NCBI GenBank assembly: GCA_036172245.1
Contig: JAYWIR010000005.1
Location: 4,154,001 to 4,218,000 of the forward strand
Source of the DNA: Raillietiella orientalis
Taxonomy: Eukaryota
Reading direction: 5' to 3'
DNA: 64,000 bases
The notes under the pieces were generated by a model. The model searched no databases. It worked only from the letters and a program-made list of their open reading frames with translations, and was not told the origin of the DNA. Positions 37,398 through 52,000 of this stretch are shown here, one piece after another. The position numbers and the translations under genes were made by a program. Position 1 is the stretch's first letter. Every line of letters begins with the position of its first letter.

Positions 37398-40300
37398 TCC
37401 AGGAGGGGATGCGCCGTTCCGCTGGAGAAGCGAATGGGAAACCAGGAAACGGATCTTCCTTCCCTCCCTGCATTCATCCATCTGTCTGTCGTCTCCTCCT
37501 CTCCTCCTGCTCTCCCCGTCTCCTCCTCCTCCTCCTCCTCGCCATTGTCGCCGCTGTCGTCCTGGAGACATATCGCCGATCAGTTAAATCTGCGAGTGAC
37601 CGTCGTGAGGAAGAAGGAAGCTTTCCTTCTTTTTTTTTTTTCTGTTTCCAGAAATGGAAAAAAAATGCTCTCTCTTCCCTTACTTCCATCTTCTTCTCGG
37701 CGCATCCCCTTCCCCACGGCTTAGCTTTTCAGGGAAGCAGTCCTTGAGGGAAGTGGACGAGAGACAGAAGAGGGAATCACAAATGGAGGTGGGATCACGG
37801 ATCTAATTCTCTTCTTCCTCTTCCTTTCTCCCTCCTCCTCCTCTTCCCTTCTTTACTGTTCTCTCCCTCCGCCACGCGAACTTTGGGACGAGACCCACCT
37901 CTCCTTTTGTCTGCAAGGGACCTTCTGGGCAGAGCGCTCAGCGGTTCTCTCGGGTTCCTCCGAGCACGAGGGGAGAGCAGATTCTGCAGCAGCCGGAATC
38001 CTCTGGCCTTTTCTCGCTCCGGTGAAGACCTCGTCCGACGGAGCCATCGCAAGCCATGCGCGTGGGCCGGTCGTCTGCAGCGGAGGACCATGTGCCCGTC
38101 CCCGAAGCCCTGATCTCCTTGATATTCTCCCGCTTCTCCTTCGTCCGTCCTTCTCCCGTCCTTTCCGGACCTAACCCGACCACCGATTTCCCGCCCTTCG
38201 CGTGGACGGGAACTTTTCCCGAGAGCATCCCTGGTCCACCTTGTCCTGGGTCGAGGTGAAGAGGGAGTGTCATGAGGAGCAGCGGCGAGGGAGGTGCCGC
38301 TCCTGCTGCCTGAGCGCATCTGCTGCCACGGGAAGACAAGAGGGTCCTAACCTCCTACCTGCCTCCCCTTTTCCTCGAGAAAAACACCTCATTTGGTACT
38401 GCTCCCTCTTTTCTCGTCATCCCGAGAGTCTCCTTCTCTCTGGGGGAAGTCTTCTTCTCTCGTCTTCTACTCCTGGAGGCTGGTGCTTGTGCCTCGCAGT
38501 AGCCGATCCCAGAGATCTCTCATCGACCGTTCCCTGGGATCCGCTTGGTCTCCATCCCATCCTTGCAAGCTCTCGAGAAAAGAGGGGAAAGGGAGGGAGA
38601 TAACCTATGGGAAAAATCCGTGGTCAGGATGATGGTGATAATGGCAGCGAGGAGGAGGAGAAGAAAGAGAGTAGCAGTAGTAGGAGGAGGAGGATTGGAT
38701 TCGTAATCCAACCCCACTTGCGGTTCCTCTTCCTTGCCCGCTTCCCCCATGCACCGCTTCCCGAAGTCCAGCACCACGCCGCCTCCATCTCCCAAACGAA
38801 CCCGACCTTGTTGCCGCCTCTCGGTCCTTCCTCCAACCAGGAAGCTGCTCTCTCTCCCTCCCGTCTCCCACTCGTATGCGCGCACCATCCGTGCATTACT
38901 GAAAGGCTGCAAGAGGTAGGGAGAGCGGTGATCGTGGAAGTTCCGGGACGGACAGGAACCCCTCTTCCCGGAGGTACTCTTCAGGAAGAAAGATGGAAGG
39001 AGAGATGGTGAGACTGTCCACGAATATTGTGCCTTCCTCGTGAATGCAGCGACCTCTGCCACTCTCCCTTTCCAGCGCTCTCTTCCTCATCCCTTCGTCT
39101 CAGGAGCGGCAGGCTGATAGGACAGCCTCACCTCCTACCGACGCGACGCTGGTCCTGGCAGGGAGAATAAGATTTCGAGCCACTTCTGGATGCCATCCCT
39201 GTGGACAGTGGCACGTCCGAAGGTCCAGACGCCTCCATACCTCACTCTCCTCCCTAAAGCTGCCGCCACTCCAGGAAGTGTTCTCGCGCTCACGCATCCT
39301 GGAAACGAGCAGCTGCTTTTCTTCCCTCTGTCCCTTCCTTGCAATGAAGTTCCTTAGGGATCCCCTGGGTCGTAGACCCAGGGGCGCTCGACGCTGCAGG
39401 AAATTCGGTGCCGGAGAGAACCCTTCTTCGGGATGCTCCAGGAAACCCCATCGTGGCCCTTTCTCATGCACGCTTAGTCGGTCTTCAGAAAGGAACGAGA
39501 CGCGGGGCCTCGCGAACGACGCATGCAAAGTCATGCCTGAACCACCTTGACGACAGAGGACGAGTGAAGGGACTTCTTGAAAGCCGAACTCTGTTGACCT
39601 TCTATCCGCTGTCCGAGAGTTCTTGCACTGCTTGCGTCGGGAAGAAAAAAGGAAGAATGAGTAAGGGACAGCGGCCCACTCCCTGTTCGGTAAACCGGGA
39701 GGCCTTGGAGTGTTCGCTCCGTTAGCACTAACCGGCCTCCGAGTTTGCCACCAAGCCTTCGCCTTCCTCCCCTTCCTCTCTTCCCCTCCCCACGGCGACT
39801 GCAAACCAACCGGCCGAGCTGATCGCGCTATCCTCTGACGTGCCCCCCAACGAAAAGACCCGAGTTTCTCCACGAGCAGATCCACCTGGAAGAGATGCTC
39901 CATCGGAAGGTGCAGTAAGGGTCTCCTGACTAAGAGCTGCCCCCTGCTTCCGCTTGCCTCACCGAGTAGCATTTCAGGTCGCTCCTTGGAGCAGTGGTCT
40001 CCTCCACAAGATTCCTCCTGGATCGTTCCTGGCAGCCGAGTCGGAAGGCAGGAGAGAGCAGGATGAACAGAAAGCGGTACAGGACCCACGTGGAAGAGGA
40101 AGGTGCCGGTAGACCGTGAGCAGCAGGAGGAAGGGCCTTCCTTTGACGACCACAGTCTTCCGTTTTCACAGGAGCAGCTTATCTGAAGACCGTCGCGACT
40201 CCATCGGAAGTGCATCTCCTTCCAACCTCTCAGGTGAGGGGGGCGGGTCTCTCGCTAGTGGAAGGCGACCTCGACCGGATCGACCCTCTCCTTCCATCCC

Positions 40301-42380
40301 AAGATTTTCCGAGTCGATGACCACTGACTCATCGTCAAGGAAAAACAGGATAAGAAATTCCATCGGGGATTCCACGTCGTGCTCTCAGGAATGCCTGCAC
40401 TACCCTCCCACGTCTGGTGCTTTACACTTCCATGGCAACTCCTGGGCGTGCGGAAGTCGCCTCCTTGAGAATCTTTAAACTGCATCCCGTCCAGACCCTC
40501 CCTGAATGCATAAAGTCCTCCGCTTCTTTTCGCACCATCCCTTCCATCTCTCCGAACATCGCTGGCCGCGACATCGCCCACCTCGTTTTTTGGCCTCGCT
40601 CCCGGGAGAATTGGGAGGACACTCTGCTCGGCATTGCGCTGCCGGCCAGAGTTTTGGCTACCGACGGACAGTGCAGTGCCAACCGCCCGCGGCTTCACAA
40701 AGAACGGATGTAAGCAACAAGACAATCACGAGCCCTCCTTTCCACCGCCACGTGCATGGTCAGTGATGTCCCTGCCATCCAGGTCAAGGGCGAGGAAGAC
40801 GAGAGCCACTGCCGGGAGAACGCGAGGAGGGCAGTCTAGCAAGAAAGGGAGGGATTCCGAAAGCAACCGAGGGAAGCTGATGGATGAAAAAGCAGCATCC
40901 AGTTTCTCTTCCTTTCTCTGAACCCTTCTTCTTCATCTTTATCCTTTCATCCTCTTCCTCATCCTCACGCTCGTTCGCACGATGCATTCCTCCCTCCCCT
41001 TCTTTCCTCACACTGGGATGCACGCACCACGTAGGCGGCCTCCCTTCCGCCCTGCTAAGCAAACGTGGGGGGCAAGGCAAATCCCCTCCTCATCCTTCCC
41101 CTCAGGCTCTTCGTGGCCATCGCTGCCTCAGGTTATCAGTAGAAACAGACTCATCTTCGGAAAGCTCCTCCGGGACGCGCCGCGAATCCCGAGCGTTCGC
41201 CGCCTTCCGTCCAGGAGGGAAGGGACGGATCTCACTAAGAGGTCGCCGGCCGTTTCCTCTCCCTTCGCTGAGGAGGGACCCTCCGCCCCTGCGACGTGAC
41301 GAGATGGAGACCCCGAGGCTGTCCGCCTCCCTTCCAGTGCGAGACCGAGCCTCACCCCTTCCGAGACAAAGCGGATGCCTTCCTCTTCTTCCCTCCTGCC
41401 TCTCTCCCTCCCTCTCCCGTTCCACGAGGAGGAGCTCGTCCGTGGCAGTAACTCAGAAAGGAGAGATGAGGAGACGCTCGCATCCTTCAATGCCGCTGCC
41501 GCCACATGGGAACACTCGGCTCCTGATAAATCCACCCTCGCCCTCCATTTTTTTTTTCCTCCTCCTCTCCTCCTCTTCTTTTCTTTTTTTTTTTTTCTTC
41601 TTGTTTCTTTTCTTTCTTTATTTTTTGCCTTTTGCGCTGTGCGTATCCGAGCAGCCTGGCATAAATCATCTTCCTGCACGTCTCGGGATGAGGAGGAGGA
41701 GGAGGAACGCTAGCGAGGCGTCTCCCGAAGGAGGCCGGGCACGAAAGCCGGCGATGAGGACCCGGATTTGACCTTCGAGGAGCACGCACAGAAGAAGCAA
41801 AGGAAAGGGGATACGGGCCGCAACAGCGCGCATTCCTTGGCGCGCGCTTGCGCGGTTCCTTTTCTTCCTTTCTTTTTTTTTGGCTCCGCGCTTTGGCTGA
41901 ACACGCAGCTGGTGGCGGCGCGCTTCCATGGCGCCTGCACCTTCCTTTGCCTCTTTCTCTCTGCGCCGGGTCCACGCCACTAGTCCTGAAGGATAAACAG
42001 ATCAGGAAAGACAAGAAGAGGGTGGGGACACTCCCGAGCTTCCCCGGTCCCCTCTTCCCTTTTCCTCCCTATCCTTTCCCTTCTCCCCACCGTCGCGCTA
42101 CCTAGCGAGCAAGGCGAAAGCAGAAAGTGACCGGACTGCGCGCACCCACCCAGGCTGCGCGGTGGGCTCCGAGCCCGCACCCACGCAACGGGATGAGCGA
42201 GGCGGAAGGCAGGGCGGAGACTTTTCCGGGATGCGGGAAGTCCGTAACAGCGAGCCTCCCGCATCCTGGAACGGTCAGCTCCGCATGGGGCGCGACCTTT
42301 TGCTACAGAAACCGCCGCCCATCAGGGCGCCTGCTCGTCTGCAGATGTGCGCGCTCAGAGGCCATCCCGAGCCAGTCCCC

Positions 42381-43028
42381 ATTGGTCCGCGCGCGCGGTT
42401 TCGATTGGCAGGTTTGAATTTCTCCCGGCGGCGCATTCGTTCCGGGTCTTCCGGACCGACGCTACGCGGTTTCGAAGAAAGGGGAACCACCGCTGCAGCC
42501 GCAACCAGCCCGCCTCCAGGTCCCTTTGGAGAGGAGGAACGGCGACCCGATGCTCGGAAACCAATGAGGTGGAGGGCACGGGTGCGAAGACCCGAACGTG
42601 AGGGTCTTCTTCTCGCGCGTCCGTCTCGGCTTGCGAACGTCCGCATGGACGCGCCCAATCGGGACCGGACCTGCGGGAATCCGCCTGGCATCCCTCCCCC
42701 CTCCACCCCCGAAATCCGGGAGAGTTAGGGTTGATACGACGGCTTTGCTGCCCATCTCTCCTGCCCCCGAAAAAGAAGCCCGTCGCCGCCGGGTAGACGA
42801 GTCGCCGCGCCGGCGCCGGAGGCGCTTCGACGCGATCTCGTCCGGCCAATCGCGGCACGTTCCCGGTCGCCACTTGGAAACGAGCGCGCCGGAGGATTCC
42901 CCGGCTCTCTGCAGTCCGACTCCGAGAGACGGGCACCCTACCTGCCGGCGCCAATGGAGTGCGCGGGCAGCGCGAAGGGGGCTGCCGGTGCCGCCCTTTC
43001 CGGGTTCGCCAACAAGTGGGGAATTTCC
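42381..43028. promoter_or_regulatory. CpG-rich CCAAT-box cluster with a CHR-like TTTGAA and a kappaB site; candidate distal promoter or enhancer
   Basis: ATTGG at 42381 and 42404, TTTGAA at 42413, CCAAT at 42561, 42655, 42846 and 42951, GGGAATTTCC at 43019-43028. Confidence 0.45.
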
Positions 43029-46000
43029 TCAGGGAGAACACGGGCAGCGGGATGCCCCGCCGGCGAGGGGCGGTGAGCAATCGCGGCAGGGAAACGGAGA
43101 AATTTTCGATGGGAGAGGAAAGAGGGAAACGGGAGGGGAAGAAATAGAGGGCAAATTCCGCGTGCTTGTGTCAAGGAAAGGGGAGAGAGGAGGAGGAGGG
43201 GAAGAGGAGGAGGAGGCATGGAGGAAGGCTCTAGCCCGCTTCCTCTCTCCATTTTCTCCCCTCCCTGCTCCAACGCTCTCTGGGAACGAGGTCCCCTGGT
43301 AATCGGTCCATAGCCTTGTCGCTTTCGAGTTCTTCCGGGTTCCTCCGTCCACCAGGGAAGGAAGGTGAGCATCCGCGGACAGACTAAGTGGAAGACGGCG
43401 GCGCGCTCGCCACCGTCCTCTGCCAGCGAGGGCATCGGTGCTATAGGGAGTGGTCCACGGAGAAACTGGAGAAATCCGGGAGGAGAAGCACTGTCGGAGG
43501 ATGCATGAAGGAATGCTTCCAACTCCTCCTTCCTCTCCTCACCTCGTCTCTATCGTCATCCTCTCCCTCCAGCTCCTTCACTACGGGTTCCTGGCAACGC
43601 ACGCCTCTCCGCAAGCTCCAGGAGAAGGACAGCACACGCAACACCCTATCTAAAAGCAGCGGTAGGAGATGGAGAAGAGGGGACGCAGAGCACCTGCTCA
43701 AACAAGCAGGGAAGGAGATGGGAAGGAACGAAGGGAGCAGGGAGGGTCCAGGAAGGAGCGCCTTCGTAGCCCGTCGGCTGCTCCCTCTCCCCCAAGGAGA
43801 GAGCGTAGAGCAGAGAATTGCAGAGAATCTTGGGGATCGCTGCTCCTGCTGCTCGGTTTCATTCTCCCAGGACTCCCGAAAGAGCCACGGGACGATTAGC
43901 AGAGGAAAGGGGAGCATGGAACCTGTATGTCGATCGCGGTGGGATGCCCCCCGGGATCAGGAGCTCCTGACGCGGGTGCGCCTCGGCCGGGAGTGCGACC
44001 TTCCTGAGGTCCCCTTTTCCCCGTGGGCCGTCAGGAGGGTCCCCCCCATCCCAGCGCGAGGAACGAATCCGCTAGCGTAGGGAAGAGTAGAGACAGGACA
44101 GGGAGGTTTCTCTCCTCACCCACTCCCAGAAAACCTCCCGGCCTGGGGTGGAGAACGAGGCGGAGAAACGAGCGGCGGGGTTCCCTGGGATGTTGCAGAG
44201 AGACTGAGTGTCGCCCCCTGGGGCGAGGCAGAGATGTCGGGGACTTCGCGACCGACCTCTCTTCCCCGACTGTTCCACGCGAGGGGGATGCGGCGGAGTC
44301 CCTCTAGGTGCGCGGGGGCGCAGCTGCTCGTTAATCCCAGGGCCACGACTCTTCCTCTCCCGGAGGCGCGAGGTGGCTGGCGTTGCTCTCCCGAATGAAA
44401 GACGATCCTGTTTCCAGGACCACGCGGAACGTCTCTCCTCCCTCTCGAACGACGACCCGCTCTCCTCCGCGAGTCCTTTTTTTTGCAGCGCGCGCGCGGT
44501 TCCCTCTAGAAGGGGAGAGGAGGAGCAGGAGGTAGGGAGAGAGTGCAGTGCTATCTTGTCCTCCAGTGATCACTCTGAGGGGCCCCCAAGCTCCCTTAGC
44601 ATCTCATGGGAGGGAAGGGGAGAACGGCCCCGCCTGCGGTGGCCTCTCTCTCGAGGGCTGGAGGACGGGTGGCAAAGAAAAAGCATGGAAATGCAGGAAA
44701 TGGGAACGCCAGCGGGCAGGCGAGTCCAGTGCCGCGCGAGCGACATGGAGAGGAAAGGGAGAAAAAAGAGGGGCACTATCCTCCCCTTCCCAGGAGGTGG
44801 AGGCCGATGGAAGGGCGGAAGTTATTGTCATTTCCGGAAGGTGAGTCAAAAAGATTCCGCGACCGAAGAGGGCATGTGGAACACTGAGCCGAAGAAAGGA
44901 GGAGGAAGAAGAAGGGAGCTGCGCTCTTGCCTGGCGACGGCGGTCGAGTTAGCAGATGCATCCTTCTCCTTGGCGCACTGACCCCAGCAGGGCGCACTGA
45001 TCTCCCGCGTGCTTGAACGTGATCTCCGTGCTCCAAGTGAGCCGGAGAGCCACAAGGGAGGTGGAGAAGCTAGCAGCAACCAGAGCTCGTCCTCTTTCGT
45101 TCGGGAGTACAACTCTCCGAAGCAGGGGGAGGAGGAGGGGGTTCCTGAAAGTACTCCGGCGAGAGAGCGTCCGCCGAATCCCGGGAACGTAACCGTGCCT
45201 GCAGGGACCGCCTGCGTGAAGAACGGCCCATTCCTCTACAAGTCCTCTGCCAGTGCCTGGTGGATTCCTCTTTCCGATTACCAGCCTCCATCCGATCCGT
45301 GCACCGCAATGTGGACGAGGTGGATCGGTGCTGAGGTGCGAGCATGCGCACAACCGTACGGCAACGCGTGGGCATGTCTCCCTCCCGAAGATGCACGTGC
45401 GTACACGCCCACGCGCTTGCAACGCCTACCCTCCGCGAGAGTCTGCTTCCGAAGAGCTGAATGCCGCAGATGTTCCTCCCTTGCCTCTGTACACACTGTC
45501 GTGTACACGTACGCTCAGGGTGCAAGCAGTGCAGATTTTGCGTACTCATTGAAAGCGCGGTCGTGGGAACCACAGAGAAGTGCAGCACCCAGTAGGAGAG
45601 GTGCAATCGAAAAGCCCAAAGGCAACCTGGATGAGCAGCAAGAGGTCAGGTCGTTGGTTGGAAGTGTTTCTGTTCTGTTTGCCAGTGAGTGTCTCTCGTC
45701 CGGACCAGCCAAGGGCGCCACTCAGCCTGGACCCTCGGCACTGCTCCTGAGGCTTCCAAGGGCACTTCTCCGAAAATACCCAACGGGGTCTCGTAGGCGG
45801 GCCATGAAGGTGGGTCGCAAACCAAGCAAACTCCTATGAGGGGCTGCAATTAGAAAGAACTGCCGCGAACTGCTCGATGGTTTCTTCAACAGGGTGACTC
45901 CGCTACCTCCGACAGCCCTGTTTCTCCACAGGGGATTTCTGTTTGGACCCAAGGCACCCTCCTGAACTCCCGCCGTGCGAGTTATCCCTGTTCTTTCGGA

Positions 46001-49000
46001 CACCAGGCTGAACCTGAGTGAGTGGAAAACGGGTGGAATTTCCGACCATCCACGACAAAGAACCTCAGTCTCCCGAAAAAGCTGGAGGCCACTCCTGCCC
46101 GTGCATACCAGAAGTGGCGTCCTGGGCGCTCACCACCTAGGTAGAGAGGGCACCTGAAAAGAACAGCTCGAGCGCACCTCTCGCGTCGCCGCCTTTCTTC
46201 TAGGTCGAGGTTCGGGAAGGTTCCGCCTCCGCTCCCTCACCAATCGTGCTTGCACGCGTGCGTCTTGCACGCCGTGCATCCCGCAACGAGGTGCGCGCGC
46301 CTTCGCACGGGAGTGAGGGTTCGCATGCAAGTGACAGCGAGTCCGAGCGTGGTCGCGTGGTACTCCAATCGCAGCTCCTCCTCCCACACCAAAGGAAGAA
46401 AGAGTGGACCAGCCACGCGTCGTGTGCAAGAAGGAGGTGGAGAGAAGATTTACTTCGTGGACTGCTCCTCATGATATTCCCGAAGAAAGGCCAGACCGAA
46501 AATCCTGCTAGTGCGAGTTGGGAGCTGCCGCCATCCTTATGCAGTTTCCTCCAGCAGCGGCACCGCCGTTGCTCGCAGCCTCGAGAGGGGAAACGGTGCG
46601 TCCATCTGACCACGACTGCTACGGCGGCTGGTCCGAGACTCCTGCAACCTGCAGGACTCTCCTCCTTGGAGAAAGACACATCCAACCTTTGCTTGGAACC
46701 GAGGTCGGACTGCTGCTTCAGAGGATCTCGGACGGTAGTGCCCCCCCTTGGTCGTCTGGGTGTGGAGCTCTCGCCCCGGCATGAAGAAAGCCACATTTAC
46801 GAGGCAGATCTCGAAGCAGAGGTCAAGCCTGCATTTGGAAGTGGGATTTTCAGAGGGAACGGAGGAGTTTCTTGGGAGATTTTGCATCAGCGGTGAGCAC
46901 GAAGACCGTCGCATGTTCCTCTCCATAGTCGACCCGCTTAGGAAAGCACTTAGGCCCTTCCGGCTAGCCTTTCTTCAAGCGCGATGTTGTCCAGCCTTGA
47001 TGCCGTTCGCAGGGTGCCCCCGAAAAGCTGACCGCGCCCCGCATTTCGCCTGAGGGCGTTTCTGGAGTGCTCTACTTGCTGGTGCTGAGGATGGAGTCAC
47101 CTCCTACCCGCTCGGCCCGCCTGCGCGCGACTCGGAGATAGTGTAATCGGTCAGTCGTCCGACTCAGAAGGAACCTCTGACCCTCCGCTTTCTTCGGACC
47201 TGACCTCCTGGTCTTCTCCTAGAAGCGATTCGAAGTCCCAACGCATTCCTCTCCGCCGATCGGGAGGATCTTCTCGCTTTCCGACCGCGGCACGAACATC
47301 CTAGGATCTTTCCGAGAAAGTGGAGCTAAGAGATCGGAGTGGGTTCTCCTTTTCTCGGGAGTTGGAAGAGGAAGGTTTCCCCAGGAAGATCTCGGAGCTT
47401 GGCATCCCATTGGGTGTCGTGGCCCTCAAGGGAGTCTGGGGAGGTTTCCAGAAAGTTCTCGGATAAGCTTTCCTCCTCCCGTGTCCACCCAGAGCACGTA
47501 GACATGTAGAAAAGGTGAATTTCCATCTGGGAAGAGGACGTGGATCCTTCACTCTTTGGAAAGCCCGCTGCGTCCAGAGAAGCGGAGCGAAAGAGTTCGG
47601 CTACTTCGACTGCAGAAAGCGCAAGGAAGAGAACGAGACGTGCACGTGGAGGTTCGCTGCAGCCGGGCAAGAAGGCCAGAAGCAATGGATCCTTCCAGTG
47701 GCTTTCGTGGCATCTGAGAAGTGTATCTCGTTGAGGACGCGACCGGGACAGCTCGCAGAACGCCACCCGGCTGTCAAGAAAGCGCTTCGCTCAAGGAGCC
47801 TGTCCGGAAAGCAAAGAGACCTTCTAGCTCAACAGAGAGAGAGGGAGAGGAGCCGGAGGGGTCCTTCCTCTTTGAGAGAAACGATAGGGAGGAAAATGGG
47901 AGAGAAGAAGATAGGCATGAGCTCGGGGAATGAGACCGAGGGCTCCTGTTCTCTCCAGAGCAAGGTCTCCAGGTCTCCATCTCTGGCGATGCTATGCCTG
48001 ACGGAGATTCTTGCTTGCCCTTCATTGGAAGCTGAGTCAAGAGAGCTCGAGAAGATGGATGCTCTCTGATCTCATCTGGGATACGAGCATCAAGAAGAGG
48101 GCCGAAAAATTCGAAGAGTTCCGGGACGGAACGAGGACAAATCTTCCCCTCTGGGAGGGGGAAAGGGAGGAGCAGCAGCTGGAACTCTGAGACGAGGCGT
48201 CCGCTTTCGGAGCAGATCTGCGTTCTTCCCAGGATGGAGCACTATCTTCTGCATCCCCTGCATTGCCTCCGCAGAGAAAGGCGAGAGTGCGCCTTGGTGT
48301 TCCCAGTGGCCGTCGCTGCCATCGACCTCCAGAAAGACGAAGGCGCTCCCAAGCGTTTGTGGGAGCGGATGAGACATGCAAGGCAAATCCTCGGGAGGGA
48401 ACCACAGCGATGGGTCCTTCCAGGGAAGGGTCACTCTTCGAACGGTTGTTGCGGCGAGGACGAACTCTTCCAGAGAAAAAGAACGAGGGAGAGGACTTGT
48501 AGGAAGCGCAGGGAAAACCTTGTAAGTGGAAAGTGGGATTCATACGGGATCCCATTTCATACGGAATTTCCTCAGCGAGCCTCTCTCGCAACCGGATTTC
48601 TCCGGGCGAGCCTCGAGGAATGGGGAGTCGGGAGAAGAGCAGAAATCCTGCGCCGCGACTCTTCACGTGGACGACCGCTCGCTCTCGCATCCGACGAGAT
48701 GTGGATTTGGGGGAAGAGCGGAAATTTCGGTATAGAGCCTTCCTGTTCTTCCCATGAAAGGAACCCGAGTGGCTCCAGTGAGAAGACCCAGGATCAGAGG
48801 ATGAAGCAGTCTCTACTCCCCATCGTCCGGAGCTACAGGAGACGAAATGGCCCGAGGGAGACAACACGGGAAACGAAGGGATTCGAGGGAGAGCAGCGCT
48901 CGAAATGGGATGATCGAGGTAACAGACGGACTGCATCGGGAGGACAGGCCGGGAGGCGTCTGCTGTGGCGAGAAAGAGAAGAGGAAACGGAGGAAAGAGT

Positions 49001-52000
49001 AAGGGACTGGTCTCGTTTCCTGTCCTTTCTGAGATCTCAATCCCCGTCGCTCTCGGAAGCGGGAGCTGCCGTCTCCCGCTGCGTCCTGTGCCGCAGGAGA
49101 AAGGACGGAGGAGGAGCGAACGTTCGCTTCCGGAATCCAGCGTGCGAGCGAAAGACGACACCGCTGCTCTGGCTGCCGCAGCAACCCGGCGACCCGCGCG
49201 AGGCGCTGGGAGAACCGGGAGAAGCCCGTTAGCTCGCCCATCGGGAAACCTTCCCACGGGATGCCTGGCTGCAAAAGGATTGCTCCGGACCGCAGACTCC
49301 GACGGCAGGAGGAGCGCTGAAAACCAACTCAGCGTAGCAGATTGCCATCGGCGCCGCTATCCCTGCGTTTCCCGGAACGCAACTCCGCCTTCCCCACGAA
49401 TCAATCCGCTTCGGGTGGAGCAGATTCAGTCCCGGCGAGGTGTTCGTCCCGCAGCCGCGACGTCGGAGGGACGTGGAGTGCAAACCTCGCGGCACACCGA
49501 AGGCCCTCTTGGGTGGGCGACTCCCTGGAGTTTCATTGATCGGGGTAACTCCCGAAAATAGCGGTGCCCGGTGGGGTGAGGCGGACCATCTTTCCCCAAG
49601 TCGGCCGAAGACGAGGGGAAGAGATCATTATGGGGGCAAAGGGAAGAGACTGGACTGAACCAGGTAGGATATGCGGGACTGACACAAAGCGCAAAGTTTT
49701 CTTACGACCCCGATGAACCCTGGGTGCCTTCTGCTAGACGCGGGGTGGTCCTCGAGCAGGGAAAGGGGAAAGGAGGTTCCCGAAAGTAACCCAGACTGAG
49801 ACGCTGCAGGATGAGTTAATGAGGTGGAAGGGGCATCTTTCCGGAGACCCCACGTCCTCGCCTCAGACCGAGGCCCGGCCTCCTTCCTCCCACAGAGCAA
49901 AGGAGGAAGAGGGGAATCAAAAATATTCAGGTACTCGAGGTGTGGTCTACGACAACGTTGGGCGTCAACTACCTATCCGAAAGGAGAGAGATTCGGGAAG
50001 CATCCTCCAGGAGTAGGTGGGGATGCCAGGACATTTTAGAGAAAGCGGAAGCTCCCGCAGCTTCCTTAAACGAGAAGGCAGCGGAGAAGACGCTGACTTC
50101 CCTCTGGTAACGAGGGGATCCCTTCCGGAGGCTCATTTGTCCGCTTCTCTGGAGACCTAAAGTTTTCTCGAGACCTAGAGGAAGCGTTGAGACAAGTTCT
50201 TCTGCCTCCCGAGGTATAAGAGGCCACAGGGACCTCACGAAGGGTGGAAAGACACTACCAGCCACGTCACGCGGCGGTCGCCGTGCCTCCTGGTCTCTTC
50301 TCAACGGGGGCAGATAGGTAGAACGGAGCATTCCAGAGAAGGTACAAGAGATCGGGACGGGAACGGCAGAGTTCCCCAGACAATCGAGTGGGGTAGCGGG
50401 GTGGACGAGATGAGACAAAGTGGATGTCCCGAGGGAACAGGAGCTTTTGATCCCTCTTCCTTCATTCTTTCCACTCCCTTGATCCCCACGATCACGTGCG
50501 ATCCATATAGACCACGCGATCTGGAGGCCACCTTATGCATCAAGACAAGGAGAACTGGAAGATTGATAGCGGAGGTGAGGGTCGAGGCGCGGGACAGCGG
50601 GCCACAACTCGCGGGTCCGCGCCGTTCTCCAAGCCACCGCCGCTCCGGACATCCCAGGACGAGAGTCCTAGCTCGGAAAGAGGCATGCCGCCTGATGGTC
50701 CCAAAGGTCACGTGTGGGAAGCCTCCCGGGAACCTCGCAGTCCACCAGATCGAACGCTGCCCTCCTGCTCCCGCATTTCTGGATTCTCTTCCTGGCTGGT
50801 CGCTCCTGCCACTCCGCCCCGCGGCCTCCTTCCTATCTGCCAAAGGACAGTCGGCGAGGGGTTTCTGTCCTTATGGAGACGATCGCCCGTCTCTTCTGAC
50901 TTCCCCCTCCCTTAACTAAAGATCGAGAGTCTGAGCTCCCGGTGGTCTTTCCAAGAAAGTCTTCCATAAAGGTCAAGGCTGAAGGAATAGAGACTGACTC
51001 CGGTGCGAAGGGGAAGCGAGGAGCTGAGATCCGCTGGAAAGTCCTCCCGCCGTCCCACAAGCACTCGGGAGCGCGGCCCTGCAAGGGACGCCGTCGCGGG
51101 TCTCTCTGTTAACGGAGAGAAGACAGCCGGAAGGCCTGTCTTCCTGGAAGGAAAGCAAAAGGTGTGGCTCCGCGGCTCGCTCGCGGAGCCACGCCCTGCT
51201 GCTGTCCTCTTCCCGCGGAGTAGTTTCCCTGGCTGTCCGCTATGTCCGCTGCCGAACATCTCCTCGGGACTTTCCCGGAAGTGGCCAAGAGAAGAAGCAC
51301 TGCAGCCACGACCCCTCGAAGAGAGGAGCATCCGATTCAAGATCAGGGGACCATCGAAGTCTGGACCAAAGGTCGTGAGAAGTCGGGAGTGAAGGAGCCT
51401 TGACATCGTCGCTCCGTGTCAACGAGAATGACCTTCCTCGACCTCGTTACCTCGTGGGGCCCCTCCAGTTTTTCTTCCGGGCCTGATGATGCGTCGGCTC
51501 TCCGGGATCGAGAACTCGTTTTCCCCTTTCCTGTCGGGAAGTCGGGAGCACGATCCTTTCCCGGAGTCCCTTTTCTCCGTGGTCTAAACCAGGCGAACGC
51601 CGCTGTGACCCACTTTTTCTGTGGAGACGGCGTCTACTCGACCTCTGCTGCTACCGTTGAGAGGAGCAGAGCTCAGAGGAGGCTCTGCAGCCGCCGAGGA
51701 TCGCCTGGAGCGCTCAGCAAGAGTCATGCGGTCCCGTCTTGAGCCGACGCCTTCCCCCTTGCATGATCACTCAGTCGCAACCTAGCCGGAGAACCCTCAT
51801 CTCATAAGGACCGGGAGGAGCGGGAACTCATGCCAGTTCCAGTGGTCGGGAGAAGACATGCGCGCGCGCGCATCTCCGGAGTGGAGGAAAGGGAGGTGTT
51901 CTTAGAGCGTGCCTCTCGCAGTCCTCTGCGAAGGTTTCTCGACAGAAACCGGGACGTCACCTGTCGTAGGCGTGGGTCCAGGCATGCTCGACTCTCCCTT

